Shown: positions 37,684 through 46,289 of the stretch, piece after piece | How the letters are laid out: each line of letters opens with the position of its first letter | Numbering within the stretch: position 1 is the stretch's first letter | From: Longimicrobiales bacterium | Lineage (GTDB): Bacteria; Gemmatimonadota; Gemmatimonadetes; Longimicrobiales; Gaopeijiaceae | Direction of reading: 5' to 3' | Length of the DNA stretch: 64,000 bases | Assembly: GCA_965248195.1 (NCBI GenBank) | Contig: CBDFIQ010000001.1 | Coordinates: 896,001 to 960,000 of the forward strand | Made by a program: the position numbers and the translations under genes | The notes under the pieces: generated by a model | Told to the model about the DNA's origin: nothing | The model's database searches: none | What the model saw: the letters and a program-made list of their open reading frames with translations, nothing else

Positions 37684-38967
37684 TCACGTACGTTGGCAGA
37701 GAGGGAAACGGTCACAGCCGTGAACCAGGTTGGGAAAGAGGGTCGTGAGCTGCTGTTCGTCCATCGCCGACCCTCCTGGGAACCTGTGCAGCACTCGCTC
37801 GCCGTCATAATCTACGGAAGCAACTCTGACTCCAAGATGGGTATCAGGGAGATAGAAATCCGAGCCCGGCAGCATCGCCACCCTCGCCTCAGTCAGAAGC
37901 GTCTCCGTTAGCTGCTGGGATGTGACAACGCCACGTGCCAGAAGTGGCTCACGGAAGTGATCGAAATCCGGGAAAAGGTAGAATCCTCCTTCCGGTTTCG
38001 GGCAGTTCAGGTTCATATCGATAAATCGCTGGTGCAGGTATTCACCCGTAAAGCGGTGAATGTCTGTACAGCGCTCCACGCCCTCACGAACTTCATCGCT
38101 ATACCGGTAGGCAGCCAATGCAGCGTATTGCACAGGGGCGCTGACCGCGCTAAACGTCTCACTGATCATGGATTCAAGCGCCTGCAATACCTTTTCCAAC
38201 TCCGGTGGAATAATCATCAGACCGAGCCGGTGACCTCCTGCTGAAAATGCCTTGGATAAGCCACCGGTGATCATGGTGCCTTCAGGATAGTGGTGGGCGA
38301 TACTGGCGTGCTTCTCCTTCCTGAAGTTCACGAGCCCGTAGATCTCATCTGAGATCACAATGATTTGATGAGTCCTGCAGACCGCGGCTAGATCTTTGAT
38401 TTCCTGCTCGCTGTGACTGCTACCGCTGGGGTTATTGGGATTGTTGAAAATCAGAATCTTCTGGCTGTCCACTGAATGCCGGCAGGCTTGATCGAGCTCA
38501 TCAGCTTGCAAGCGATAACCAAGTTTCCGCCGGGTTTCTATGGTGACAATTTCTTTTCCCCGAAGAGTCGCCTGCGGCCCGTAACTGACCCAACTCGGCG
38601 CGGGGATTAAGAGGGGACCCTGCAGAATGTAAAGGACCTGAAAAATGAGCTCTTTGCTACCCGGTCCCACAACGACCTGATCGGGCGAAACGGAACAACC
38701 GCATTGTTCGTCATAAAATACGGCAATGGCCTCGCACAGCTCAGGCAGGCCCCTGGTCGGCAAATAAGTGTTCTTGTCCGCATGTTCGATCAGTGCAGCC
38801 TGAATCGCCCTGGGCACAGGAAACGGGGATTGGCCAAAGCCGAAGTGATAAATCTCTTCGCCGTTTCTACGCAATTGCATAACACGCTGATTAATCGCCA
38901 ACGTGGCTGATGCTTTAAGATCGAGTACGTGTGGATTGATTGACGGACGCACGATCGAATGTACCAA
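37684..38967 (-). CDS. Class I/II PLP aminotransferase (aspartate aminotransferase-like); C-terminus replaced by IS sequence
   Basis: NNPNNPSG, SDEIY, GLSKAFSAGGHRLG, PEGGFY; last codons (PLCQRT*) lie in IS copy 3; visibly AT-richer than the host. Confidence 0.88.
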   Translation of the reverse strand: MVHSIVRPSINPHVLDLKASATLAINQRVMQLRRNGEEIYHFGFGQSPFPVPRAIQAALIEHADKNTYLPTRGLPELCEAIAVFYDEQCGCSVSPDQVVVGPGSKELIFQVLYILQGPLLIPAPSWVSYGPQATLRGKEIVTIETRRKLGYRLQADELDQACRHSVDSQKILIFNNPNNPSGSSHSEQEIKDLAAVCRTHQIIVISDEIYGLVNFRKEKHASIAHHYPEGTMITGGLSKAFSAGGHRLGLMIIPPELEKVLQALESMISETFSAVSAPVQYAALAAYRYSDEVREGVERCTDIHRFTGEYLHQRFIDMNLNCPKPEGGFYLFPDFDHFREPLLARGVVTSQQLTETLLTEARVAMLPGSDFYLPDTHLGVRVASVDYDGERVLHRFPGGSAMDEQQLTTLFPNLVHGCDRFPLCQRT

Positions 38968-39137
38968 CTGTTCAATAGTTGAGCGTGAGGATCGAGACGG
39001 ATTCGTCTGAGACCATCTTCACGGTCCGCGCACCTCGAGCGGGCGACGTGATTGTAAGGATCGCTCGAGGAGGAGGACAGGAGCCACGGGAACTCAAAGC
39101 GTTGCCCCCGGGGTGATCGCTCGGTATTGAATGATCT

Positions 39138-40013
39138 GTGAAAGCCCTCGCCACACTCCTGAAGAAGCTTACCCCCCGCCCGCTCTGGACGGAAACTGCC
39201 GACTTCAAGACTCGCCGCCGCATACAGCTTTTCCTGAGCATGCCTTTCGTCCTCCTTGCGGGGGTGACCTGGGGTTGGTTTTCGGCACCGGCCATCGGAG
39301 ACGGATCCGGCTTCTTTTGGAGCGTCCTGGGGGCCGCGGGCTTCGGGCTATTCTTCTACCTGGAGCAGAGGCTGCTCCCCCTCGTGGCGGCGACGGCCGA
39401 CCGCATCGGGTTGGGTGCCTTGGCCGCCCTGGCCTGGGAGGTAGGCGTAGTCGGCGGTCTCATCTTCCTCTTCACCAGCGTCCTGGGCGCCCCGGTGGTC
39501 CCGGCGGTGGCCCTCGCATTCGGCGCGGGAGTGCTCTACAGCCTCGGGATGGAGTACGTCCTATTTGGTTCGGGCGCGGACCATATTACGCACCTCTTGG
39601 GCCAAGACGGTGGCCTCTCCGGCCCAAGGAAACCGGACTACTCCCACGCCGAGGCGTTGGAGATACGAGGAGACCTCGAGGGTGCGGCGGAGATCTACAA
39701 AGAGGCCGTATGGAGGAACCGGAGGCATCCGCTGGCCTACCTTCAGCTGGCTGGTCTCCGGACTCGGGCCGGCCTCCACGAAGAGGCGATCGACATCCTA
39801 CGCAGGGCCTTGGGGGTGGCCCGGTTCAGCAGCCTCGGAGAAGCCCTGGCCGTCAGGGAGATCCATGAGATCTTCTTGACGCACCTCGGAGATCCCGCGA
39901 GGGCAGCCCCCGATCTCGCCCGATACCTGGAACGCCAGCCCGAGGGCGAACACGGGGAGTGGGCCCGCCGGGAACTCGCATACATCAAGGAGCGCATTCG
40001 CGAGGACGGCTGA
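39138..40013 (+). CDS. Membrane protein with C-terminal TPR-like domain
   Basis: About four TM helices followed by TPR-like helices (AEALEIRGDLEGAAEIY). Confidence 0.7.
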   Translation: MKALATLLKKLTPRPLWTETADFKTRRRIQLFLSMPFVLLAGVTWGWFSAPAIGDGSGFFWSVLGAAGFGLFFYLEQRLLPLVAATADRIGLGALAALAWEVGVVGGLIFLFTSVLGAPVVPAVALAFGAGVLYSLGMEYVLFGSGADHITHLLGQDGGLSGPRKPDYSHAEALEIRGDLEGAAEIYKEAVWRNRRHPLAYLQLAGLRTRAGLHEEAIDILRRALGVARFSSLGEALAVREIHEIFLTHLGDPARAAPDLARYLERQPEGEHGEWARRELAYIKERIREDG

Positions 40014-40141
40014 CAGACGACCGTGGAATACACCGTTGCTCCCTATTCAACCCTGCCATAACCTTCTGCATCTTTCGGGCATGACATCCGTCCGGAGTAA
40101 GCTCCTCACGAGCGAGCCCCGGACCTCAGGGGTAAGCCCAA

Positions 40142-40594
40142 ATGGCCCACCACCGGCCCATCATCCTCTTCGACGGTGTATGCAACTTGTGCAACTCGGC
40201 GGTCCAGCGGGTGATCGAGCGCGACAAGGAGGGACGATTCGATTTCGCCTCCCTCCAGTCCCATGCCGCTCGCCGAGAGCTGGAGAGGGTCATAGGCCCG
40301 GAGGAGATCGCGGCACTCCCCGACAGCATCGTCCTCGTCGACTCGGACGGCGTACACACACGATCGGCGGCGGCTCTCCGAATCGTGCGCACGCTGGGCT
40401 TTCCGTTCGCGCTACTCGGCCTGGGAGTCGTGGTACCCCGTCCGATCCGGGACGGGGTCTACGACTGGATCGCGCGAAATCGCTACCGCTGGTTCGGTCG
40501 GCGAGACACCTGTATGACGCCGACCCCCGATCTCGCGGCGCGCTTCCTCGACGCTGGCGAGCCGCGGCCGCCGGGCTCCCGCGTCCAGGGCTGA
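40142..40594 (+). CDS. DCC-family (DUF393) thiol-disulfide oxidoreductase
   Basis: FDGVCNLC, FASLQS, YDWIARNRYRWFG. Confidence 0.92.
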   Translation: MAHHRPIILFDGVCNLCNSAVQRVIERDKEGRFDFASLQSHAARRELERVIGPEEIAALPDSIVLVDSDGVHTRSAAALRIVRTLGFPFALLGLGVVVPRPIRDGVYDWIARNRYRWFGRRDTCMTPTPDLAARFLDAGEPRPPGSRVQG

Positions 40595-40621
40595 GGGTCT
40601 CTCGGCCCTCTACGAATCCGA

Positions 40622-40694
40622 TGGTCGCTACTGGACTCGAACCAGTGACCCCTACGATGTGAACGTAGTGCTCTACCAACTGAGCTAAGCGACC
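40622..40694 (-). tRNA. tRNA-Val(CAC)
   Basis: ggtcgct acceptor stem, tagctcagttggtagagc D arm, ctacg-tt-CAC-at-cgtag, ggttcgagtcc T arm. Confidence 0.95.
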
Positions 40695-40701
40695 TGTTTC
40701 A

Positions 40702-40774
40702 TACCCCCACGGGGAATCGAACCCCGGTTTCCTGGCTGAGAACCAGGTGTCCTAGGCCACTAGACGATGGGGGC
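40702..40774 (-). tRNA. tRNA-Glu(CTC)
   Basis: gccccca acceptor stem, cctgg-tt-CTC-ag-ccagg, ggttcgattcc T arm. Confidence 0.95.
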
Positions 40775-40805
40775 AGACGCACGACTTCTCACGACGAGGG
40801 CCGAA

Positions 40806-40834
40806 AGAATATACATGAACCAAGGCCGACTCAA
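40806..40834 (-). promoter_or_regulatory. Promoter TTGAGT-N17-TATTCT for the tRNA pair
   Basis: Near-consensus hexamers about 30 bp upstream of tRNA-Glu. Confidence 0.6.
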
Positions 40835-40917
40835 GCCCCGGAACGGTCTGGTGTCTCTGGGTTAACTCAACAACTCTCAACCTGTCTAGGCTGCGTTCGA
40901 CAAAGCCCTGGAGCTAA

Positions 40918-41208
40918 ATGACCGACACGCTGAACGACGAATCCATCGACGGGTGGCTGACGGGCCGAAAGGGGTGGAAACGGTCGGGGAAAGCCCTCAC
41001 CAAGAGCTTCGATTTCCAGTCCTTTCGTGACGCCATCGTGTTTGTAAATCGCGTCGCCAGCCTCGCAGACGACCTGGATCACCACCCGGACATCGACATA
41101 CGCTACACCACCGTAAATCTATCGCTTACGACCCACAGCGCCGACGGTCTTACCGAGAAGGATCTGAAGCTGGCCGAGAGAGTCGATTTCGCTACCTCGG
41201 CGAACTGA
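40918..41208 (+). CDS. phhB: Pterin-4-alpha-carbinolamine dehydratase
   Basis: DHHPDI and LTTHSADGLTEKD motifs. Confidence 0.9.
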   Translation: MTDTLNDESIDGWLTGRKGWKRSGKALTKSFDFQSFRDAIVFVNRVASLADDLDHHPDIDIRYTTVNLSLTTHSADGLTEKDLKLAERVDFATSAN

Positions 41209-41280
41209 CCCGGCGGACTGACCGGGCGAATTCGCCGAGGATGGCCATACCTTTTGCGGTCCTGAAGGGGGTGCCCGCAA

Positions 41281-42648
41281 CTACTTGTGAAGAGCTTCGT
41301 TGATCGTCTCGACGAGACAGTAGATGCCGAAGTCGACCTGTGCATCGCTCGACACGGCCGGCGGGGCGATCTGGACGACTTCCCCCCGACCACCTGCCGG
41401 TAGAACCAGAAGCCCCCGACCCAAAGCGGCCTCGGCGACGCGTGCGCCGACGCCCGGGGCAGGGCCGCCCTCCTCAGAGCCCAGCTCGATCCCGATGAGC
41501 AGCCCGCGGCCGCGAACCTGCCTCACGCCCGTCAGGGTCGAGAGAGCTTCATTCAAGCGGCCTACGATGCGCTCCCCAAGGTCGAGGCTGCGAGCAACGA
41601 GCTTCTCGCTCTCCAGAATGTCGAGGAACGCGAGTGCCGTCGCACAGGACAAGGGATGACCGAGGAAGGTGCTGGTATGCAGCGCCTCGCCCCCCGACTC
41701 GGGCCACGCATCCATGACCTCGCGGGATCCGAGGCAGGCGCTCAGCGGGAGCCCCCCACCGAGCGCCTTTCCGAGGCACACGAGATCCGGAAGGACCCCC
41801 TCGCGTTCATGCTCGAACACGACACCGGTGCGACCCAGCCCCGTGAAGATCTCATCGAAGATGAGGAGCGAACCATCCGCACGCGTCAACTCGGCGAGCC
41901 GGGCGAGGAAGCCCGAAGGAGGAATACGCACACCGGCCCGGCCCTGGACGGGCTCCACCACGACGGCGCCAACCGCCTGGCGGGGCTGATCCCCTTGCAC
42001 GGGGATACCCTCCGACAGCAGCCGTCGGACCTCGGCGAGCGCCACTTCCGCTTCCTCCTCCCGCTGGGGGAACGGTGCGAACGCCACCCCCTGGTGAACG
42101 CGGGCGCGAAACGGCTCCCTGAAGTCGGGGCGTGCCGTCACGGCGAGGCTGCCGACCGTGAGCCCATGGTACCCACCCTCGAACGCAATAATTCCAGAGC
42201 GGCCGGTGCTCAGCTCTGCCGTCTTCAGCGCTGCCTCCATCGCCTCCGAGCCCGACGAGCCGAGCACGGTCCTCGTTTCCTCCCAGGGAGCGAGCGCGCT
42301 CAGCCGCTCCAGTAATTCCAGCTTGAGTGCGGGGGGATGCACGTCTCCCATGCCATGGATCAGCCGCCCGGACTGTTCCGCCAACGCCCGCTGGATCCGG
42401 GGATGTCCGTGACCCGCGAAGGAGACCCCGAAGGCCGCCGTGAAGTCGACGTAGACGTTCCCGTCCACGTCTCGAACGTTGGAGCCCCGCGCTTCTTCCC
42501 AGAAGACCGGAAAGTCCTCGGACAGATACGTGACGTTACGGGACTCGACCGAGCGCAAGCGCCCCGCGAACGCACGTGAGCGTGGCCCGGGCGGTTGCGC
42601 CACCAGCGACGGTAGGATCGCACCGAAGGCGGACGTCGGGTCGGCCAC
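41281..42648 (-). CDS. Class III PLP aminotransferase
   Basis: DVDGNVYVDF, SGSEAMEAALK, EPVQG, FDEIFTGLGRTG, LGKALGGG; probable GTG start just after the fabI stop. Confidence 0.9.
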   Translation of the reverse strand: MADPTSAFGAILPSLVAQPPGPRSRAFAGRLRSVESRNVTYLSEDFPVFWEEARGSNVRDVDGNVYVDFTAAFGVSFAGHGHPRIQRALAEQSGRLIHGMGDVHPPALKLELLERLSALAPWEETRTVLGSSGSEAMEAALKTAELSTGRSGIIAFEGGYHGLTVGSLAVTARPDFREPFRARVHQGVAFAPFPQREEEAEVALAEVRRLLSEGIPVQGDQPRQAVGAVVVEPVQGRAGVRIPPSGFLARLAELTRADGSLLIFDEIFTGLGRTGVVFEHEREGVLPDLVCLGKALGGGLPLSACLGSREVMDAWPESGGEALHTSTFLGHPLSCATALAFLDILESEKLVARSLDLGERIVGRLNEALSTLTGVRQVRGRGLLIGIELGSEEGGPAPGVGARVAEAALGRGLLVLPAGGRGEVVQIAPPAVSSDAQVDFGIYCLVETINEALHK

Positions 42649-42652
42649 GGAG

Positions 42653-43552
42653 CTACTCGCCTCCGAGTTGGTCCTCGGCGGGCATACCCATGGCGTGGTA
42701 GCCCATGTCCACGTGAAGGGTCTCGCCCGTGATCGCCGCACCCAAAGGTGAGCAAAGAAAAGCGGCCGCGTTCCCGACATGCTCAGCGGTGTTCACGTCG
42801 GGAAGGGGCGAATTCGCCTGATAGTAATCGACCATGCGATCGATCTTGCCGATCGCCTTGGCCGCCCGGCTCGCCAGCGGGCCGGCCGAAATCGTGTTGA
42901 CCCGGATACCCCAGCGCCGCCCGGCCTCGAACGCGAGCGTCCGTGTATCACTTTCCAGCGCAGCCTTCGCCGAGCTCATGCCTCCGCCATATCCCGGAAC
43001 CACCCGCTCGCCCGCGAGGTACGTCAGGGAGACCACCGCCCCGCCCTCCCGCATCAAGGGACCGAAGCGCTGGACCATGCTGACCATCGAGAATGCGCTG
43101 GCGCTCACGGCCTCCAGGTACCCGGCGCGGCTGGTTTCCACGAGCGGTTTCTGTACCTCGGGGCCGTTCGCCAGCGCATGGACCAGAATGTCCAGGCAAC
43201 TCTCCCCGAGTTCGTCCCTGAGGCTGTCGGCCACCTCCTGGATCGTATAACCAGAGAGGTTCCGGTATCTCTTGTCCTCTCGAATCTCCTCCGGCACATC
43301 CTCCGGGGTGTCGAACACCGCATCCAACGGGTGGATCTTCTCGAACTCGATTTCTCCTCCACCGGGAAGACTCAGATCGAACTTTCCGCGCTCCATACTC
43401 TTGATGAAAATGTTGAGCATGGGGGGCCAGGTGCCGACGCGCACCGACGCGCCGGCCTGCACGAGCGCCCGCACAATGGCCCAGCCGTACCCCTTGTTGT
43501 CCCCGACGCCCGCGACGAACGCCCTTTTCCCAGTCAGGTCGAGGGAAAGCAT
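42653..43552 (-). CDS. fabI: Enoyl-ACP reductase, Chlamydia/plastid-type
   Basis: [58 protein letters not shown]. Confidence 0.93.
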   Translation of the reverse strand: MLSLDLTGKRAFVAGVGDNKGYGWAIVRALVQAGASVRVGTWPPMLNIFIKSMERGKFDLSLPGGGEIEFEKIHPLDAVFDTPEDVPEEIREDKRYRNLSGYTIQEVADSLRDELGESCLDILVHALANGPEVQKPLVETSRAGYLEAVSASAFSMVSMVQRFGPLMREGGAVVSLTYLAGERVVPGYGGGMSSAKAALESDTRTLAFEAGRRWGIRVNTISAGPLASRAAKAIGKIDRMVDYYQANSPLPDVNTAEHVGNAAAFLCSPLGAAITGETLHVDMGYHAMGMPAEDQLGGE

Positions 43553-43561
43553 TGTTCTATC

Positions 43562-44515
43562 CTATCCCAAAACGAAGGCGAGCAGAGCCAGGTAGGCGCT
43601 CAACAGGATGACCCCCTCCCTGCGCCGAATCACCAACCGGTGACGTACGATCGGCACCATCAGAACAGTGATGACCATCACGGCGGGAAACTCCAAGCGA
43701 AGCACCTCAGGGCTGAAGTCCAGTGGCGCGATGATCGATGTAACTCCCAGTACGCCCGCGATGTTGAAAACGTTCGAACCGAGGATATTACCCACCGCGA
43801 TGTCCGCCTCGTGCCTCAGGGCGGCAACCGCGCAGGTGGCGAGCTCGGGAAGCGAGGTGCCGATGGATACCAGAGTGAGACCGATCACCAGCTCCGAGAC
43901 CCCCATGGCCTCGGCAATCGCGACGGCGGACTCGCGGATCGCGAAGGCCCCCAGCACGAGGCCCGCAACGCCCAGGACGACGAAGGCTACGTCTCTCACG
44001 ATCGTCCGGGGGAGTAGGCCGATCGCCTTACGGGTGGCCTCCCTGTTCTCACGCGCGTCCGTGCCCTCCGTTTTGGCCGTGCGAAGAACGTAGCCGAGGT
44101 AGAAAACCAGCATCGTCACCAGCAGGAGGCCCTCGAGGCGCCCGATGTGGTGGTCCCAAATCAGCGGAAGGAGCGCAGCCGTGATGAAGAACATCACGGC
44201 CACCTCCCTCGTCACGACCTGCGCGGAGACGCGCAGAGGCCGCAGGATCGCGCTGATCCCCAGGACGAGGCCGACATTCGCCAGGTTCGATCCCATCACG
44301 TTACCGATGGCGAGATCAGGGTTGCCGCCCAGGGACGCTACGACGGAGATCACGAGCTCGGGAGCCGACGTGCCCATGGAGACGACCGTGAGACCCACGA
44401 CGATCGGGCTCACGCCGAGCGATGCCGCGAGCCTCGCACTGCCACGGACGAGCCATTCGGCCCCGAAATACAGGACGCCGACACCCCCGAGAAAGAGCAG
44501 GATCTCACGCGTCAT
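43562..44515 (-). CDS. Calcium/sodium antiporter (YrbG-like)
   Basis: Duplicated GTSxPEL...GNxxGSN motifs. Confidence 0.92.
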   Translation of the reverse strand: MTREILLFLGGVGVLYFGAEWLVRGSARLAASLGVSPIVVGLTVVSMGTSAPELVISVVASLGGNPDLAIGNVMGSNLANVGLVLGISAILRPLRVSAQVVTREVAVMFFITAALLPLIWDHHIGRLEGLLLVTMLVFYLGYVLRTAKTEGTDARENREATRKAIGLLPRTIVRDVAFVVLGVAGLVLGAFAIRESAVAIAEAMGVSELVIGLTLVSIGTSLPELATCAVAALRHEADIAVGNILGSNVFNIAGVLGVTSIIAPLDFSPEVLRLEFPAVMVITVLMVPIVRHRLVIRRREGVILLSAYLALLAFVLG

Positions 44516-46284
44516 GCGCTCGTCCCCTCACGGCGGTTGAGCCACCCCCGCATCTCCTTCAGCGTCATCGTGTTCAGTACGTCTCCCTTGTTCAGCCAAG
44601 CCCGCCGCGCCTGATCCACCCCATAAGACATATGGTCCAGCCGCTGGACCGAATGAGCATCGGTACTGATGCAGACCTTCACCCCCAACTCCTTCGCCCG
44701 GTGGGCATGCACGTCGCTTAAATCGAGCCGATTCGGATTCGCGTTGATTTCAACGGCGACGTCCAGATCCCGCGCCGCCTGTAACACTTCTTCCATTTCG
44801 ATCTGAAACGGCTCCCTCCGGGCGAGAAGGCGCCCGGTGGGGTGGGCGAGGATGTCCACCTGCGGATGCTGTATCGCCGTGATGACCCGATCCGTCATCG
44901 CAACCCGATCCATATCCATGAGCGAGTGCACGGAAACCAGCACCAGATCCAATGACTCGAGGACCTCGTCGGTCATGTCGAGATCCCCGTCCCGGAGAAT
45001 ATCCACCTCCAAGCTGTTCAAAATCGTGATCCCGTCCAGCCCCTTCTGAACTCGGGCGATCTCTTCCCACTGATCCGGGGCCCTTTCCGGCGTGATGCCG
45101 CCGACCATGGCCAGCGCCGGGCTGTGGTCGCTCATGGCCAGATACCGATACCCTCGGGCCTTGCACGCCTGGGCCATCTCGTCGATTGAAGCCTTGCCGT
45201 CGCTCCACGTCGAATGCATGTGGAGATCACCCTGGATATCCTCCAGGGTCACGAGATCCGGCAGCGAGTTTGCGCGTGCCGCCTCCACCTCGCCCCGGTT
45301 CTCACGCAGAACGGGTGGCACCCATGCCAAGCCGAGGGTGTCGAAAACGGACTCCTCGGTCCCACCCGCGACGCGTTCACCCTCTTCCTTGCCCACCTCT
45401 TCAGGGTCTACTCCCTCCGGCATTCGGAACACGCCCCACTCGTTCACACGGAGGCCTTGGCGCTGCGCGATCTGGCGAACGGCGACGTTGTGCTCCTTGG
45501 ATCCAGTGAAGTAATGGAGCGCGGCTCCGAACGAGCGGTCGGGAATCACGCGGAGGTCGACCTCCAGCCCCGAGCGGAGCACGACGCTCCCACGCGTGTC
45601 CCCGGCCGATACGACCCGCTCCACCGACCCGAACGCCGTGAAGTGCTCCATGAGGGCCGGAGCCGGCAACTCCGCCTGAACGAGCAGGTCGACGTCCCCG
45701 ATGGTCTCCTTGCGGCGCCGGTAGCTTCCAGCCACCTCGATGCGCTCCACGCCCGGGCCCTCTCCCATGTGCGTCAGGAGCGGACCGATCAGCTGGTCCA
45801 CCTGCGAGATGAGAAAGCGGCCGGAATAACGCCGGAGATCCTCTATGGAGGTGAGGATCTTTCCCACGCTGGTCACGCCGAACCCCTCGAGGCTCTCGAC
45901 GTGGCCCGCCTTCAAGGCGGCCTCCAGCTCGTCCACGGTCGTGATCCCCAAAGACTCCCATAACTTCTTGGCCTTCTTGGGCCCCACCCCATCGAGCTTC
46001 ACTAGCTGTACGAGAGATCTCGGAACTTCGGCCGATACCTCAGCCAAACGAGCGAGTCCACCGGTCTGGACGAGCTCGACGATGTGGGCGGACAGATCCT
46101 TGCCGATGGCGGGCAGCTCGGTCAGATCCTCTCCTGCATCCACCATGGCCGAGAGAGGCCGTGTGAGCCCCCGTACGGTGCGGACCGCATTGCGATAGGC
46201 CCGGATACGAAAGGGATTCGACCCGTTGATCTCCAACAGATCCCCGAGTTCCTCGAGGACACCCGCGATCTCGATATTCTCCAC
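44512..46284 (-). CDS. polX: DNA polymerase X with PHP domain
   Basis: NPFRIRAY, GSYRRRKETIGDVD, YFTGSKEHN, DLHMHSTWSDG, STDAH. Confidence 0.95.
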   Translation of the reverse strand: MENIEIAGVLEELGDLLEINGSNPFRIRAYRNAVRTVRGLTRPLSAMVDAGEDLTELPAIGKDLSAHIVELVQTGGLARLAEVSAEVPRSLVQLVKLDGVGPKKAKKLWESLGITTVDELEAALKAGHVESLEGFGVTSVGKILTSIEDLRRYSGRFLISQVDQLIGPLLTHMGEGPGVERIEVAGSYRRRKETIGDVDLLVQAELPAPALMEHFTAFGSVERVVSAGDTRGSVVLRSGLEVDLRVIPDRSFGAALHYFTGSKEHNVAVRQIAQRQGLRVNEWGVFRMPEGVDPEEVGKEEGERVAGGTEESVFDTLGLAWVPPVLRENRGEVEAARANSLPDLVTLEDIQGDLHMHSTWSDGKASIDEMAQACKARGYRYLAMSDHSPALAMVGGITPERAPDQWEEIARVQKGLDGITILNSLEVDILRDGDLDMTDEVLESLDLVLVSVHSLMDMDRVAMTDRVITAIQHPQVDILAHPTGRLLARREPFQIEMEEVLQAARDLDVAVEINANPNRLDLSDVHAHRAKELGVKVCISTDAHSVQRLDHMSYGVDQARRAWLNKGDVLNTMTLKEMRGWLNRREGTSA

Positions 46285-46289
46285 GGCGA

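Larger units (their letters stand above)
36139..37705 (-). mobile_element. IS3-family insertion sequence, copy 3
   Basis: Appears identical to copies 1 and 2; flanks gcc / aaa, no duplication. Confidence 0.95.

Noticed and set aside
32595..37705. Repeat-spacer-repeat pattern as a CRISPR-like array
   Set aside because: The repeats are 1.57-kb transposase-coding IS copies, the spacers rejoin via a target duplication, and there are no cas genes
40594..40694. tRNA-Val as the integration site of an island containing the IS cluster
   Set aside because: No integrase and no duplicated tRNA 3' end seen in the window
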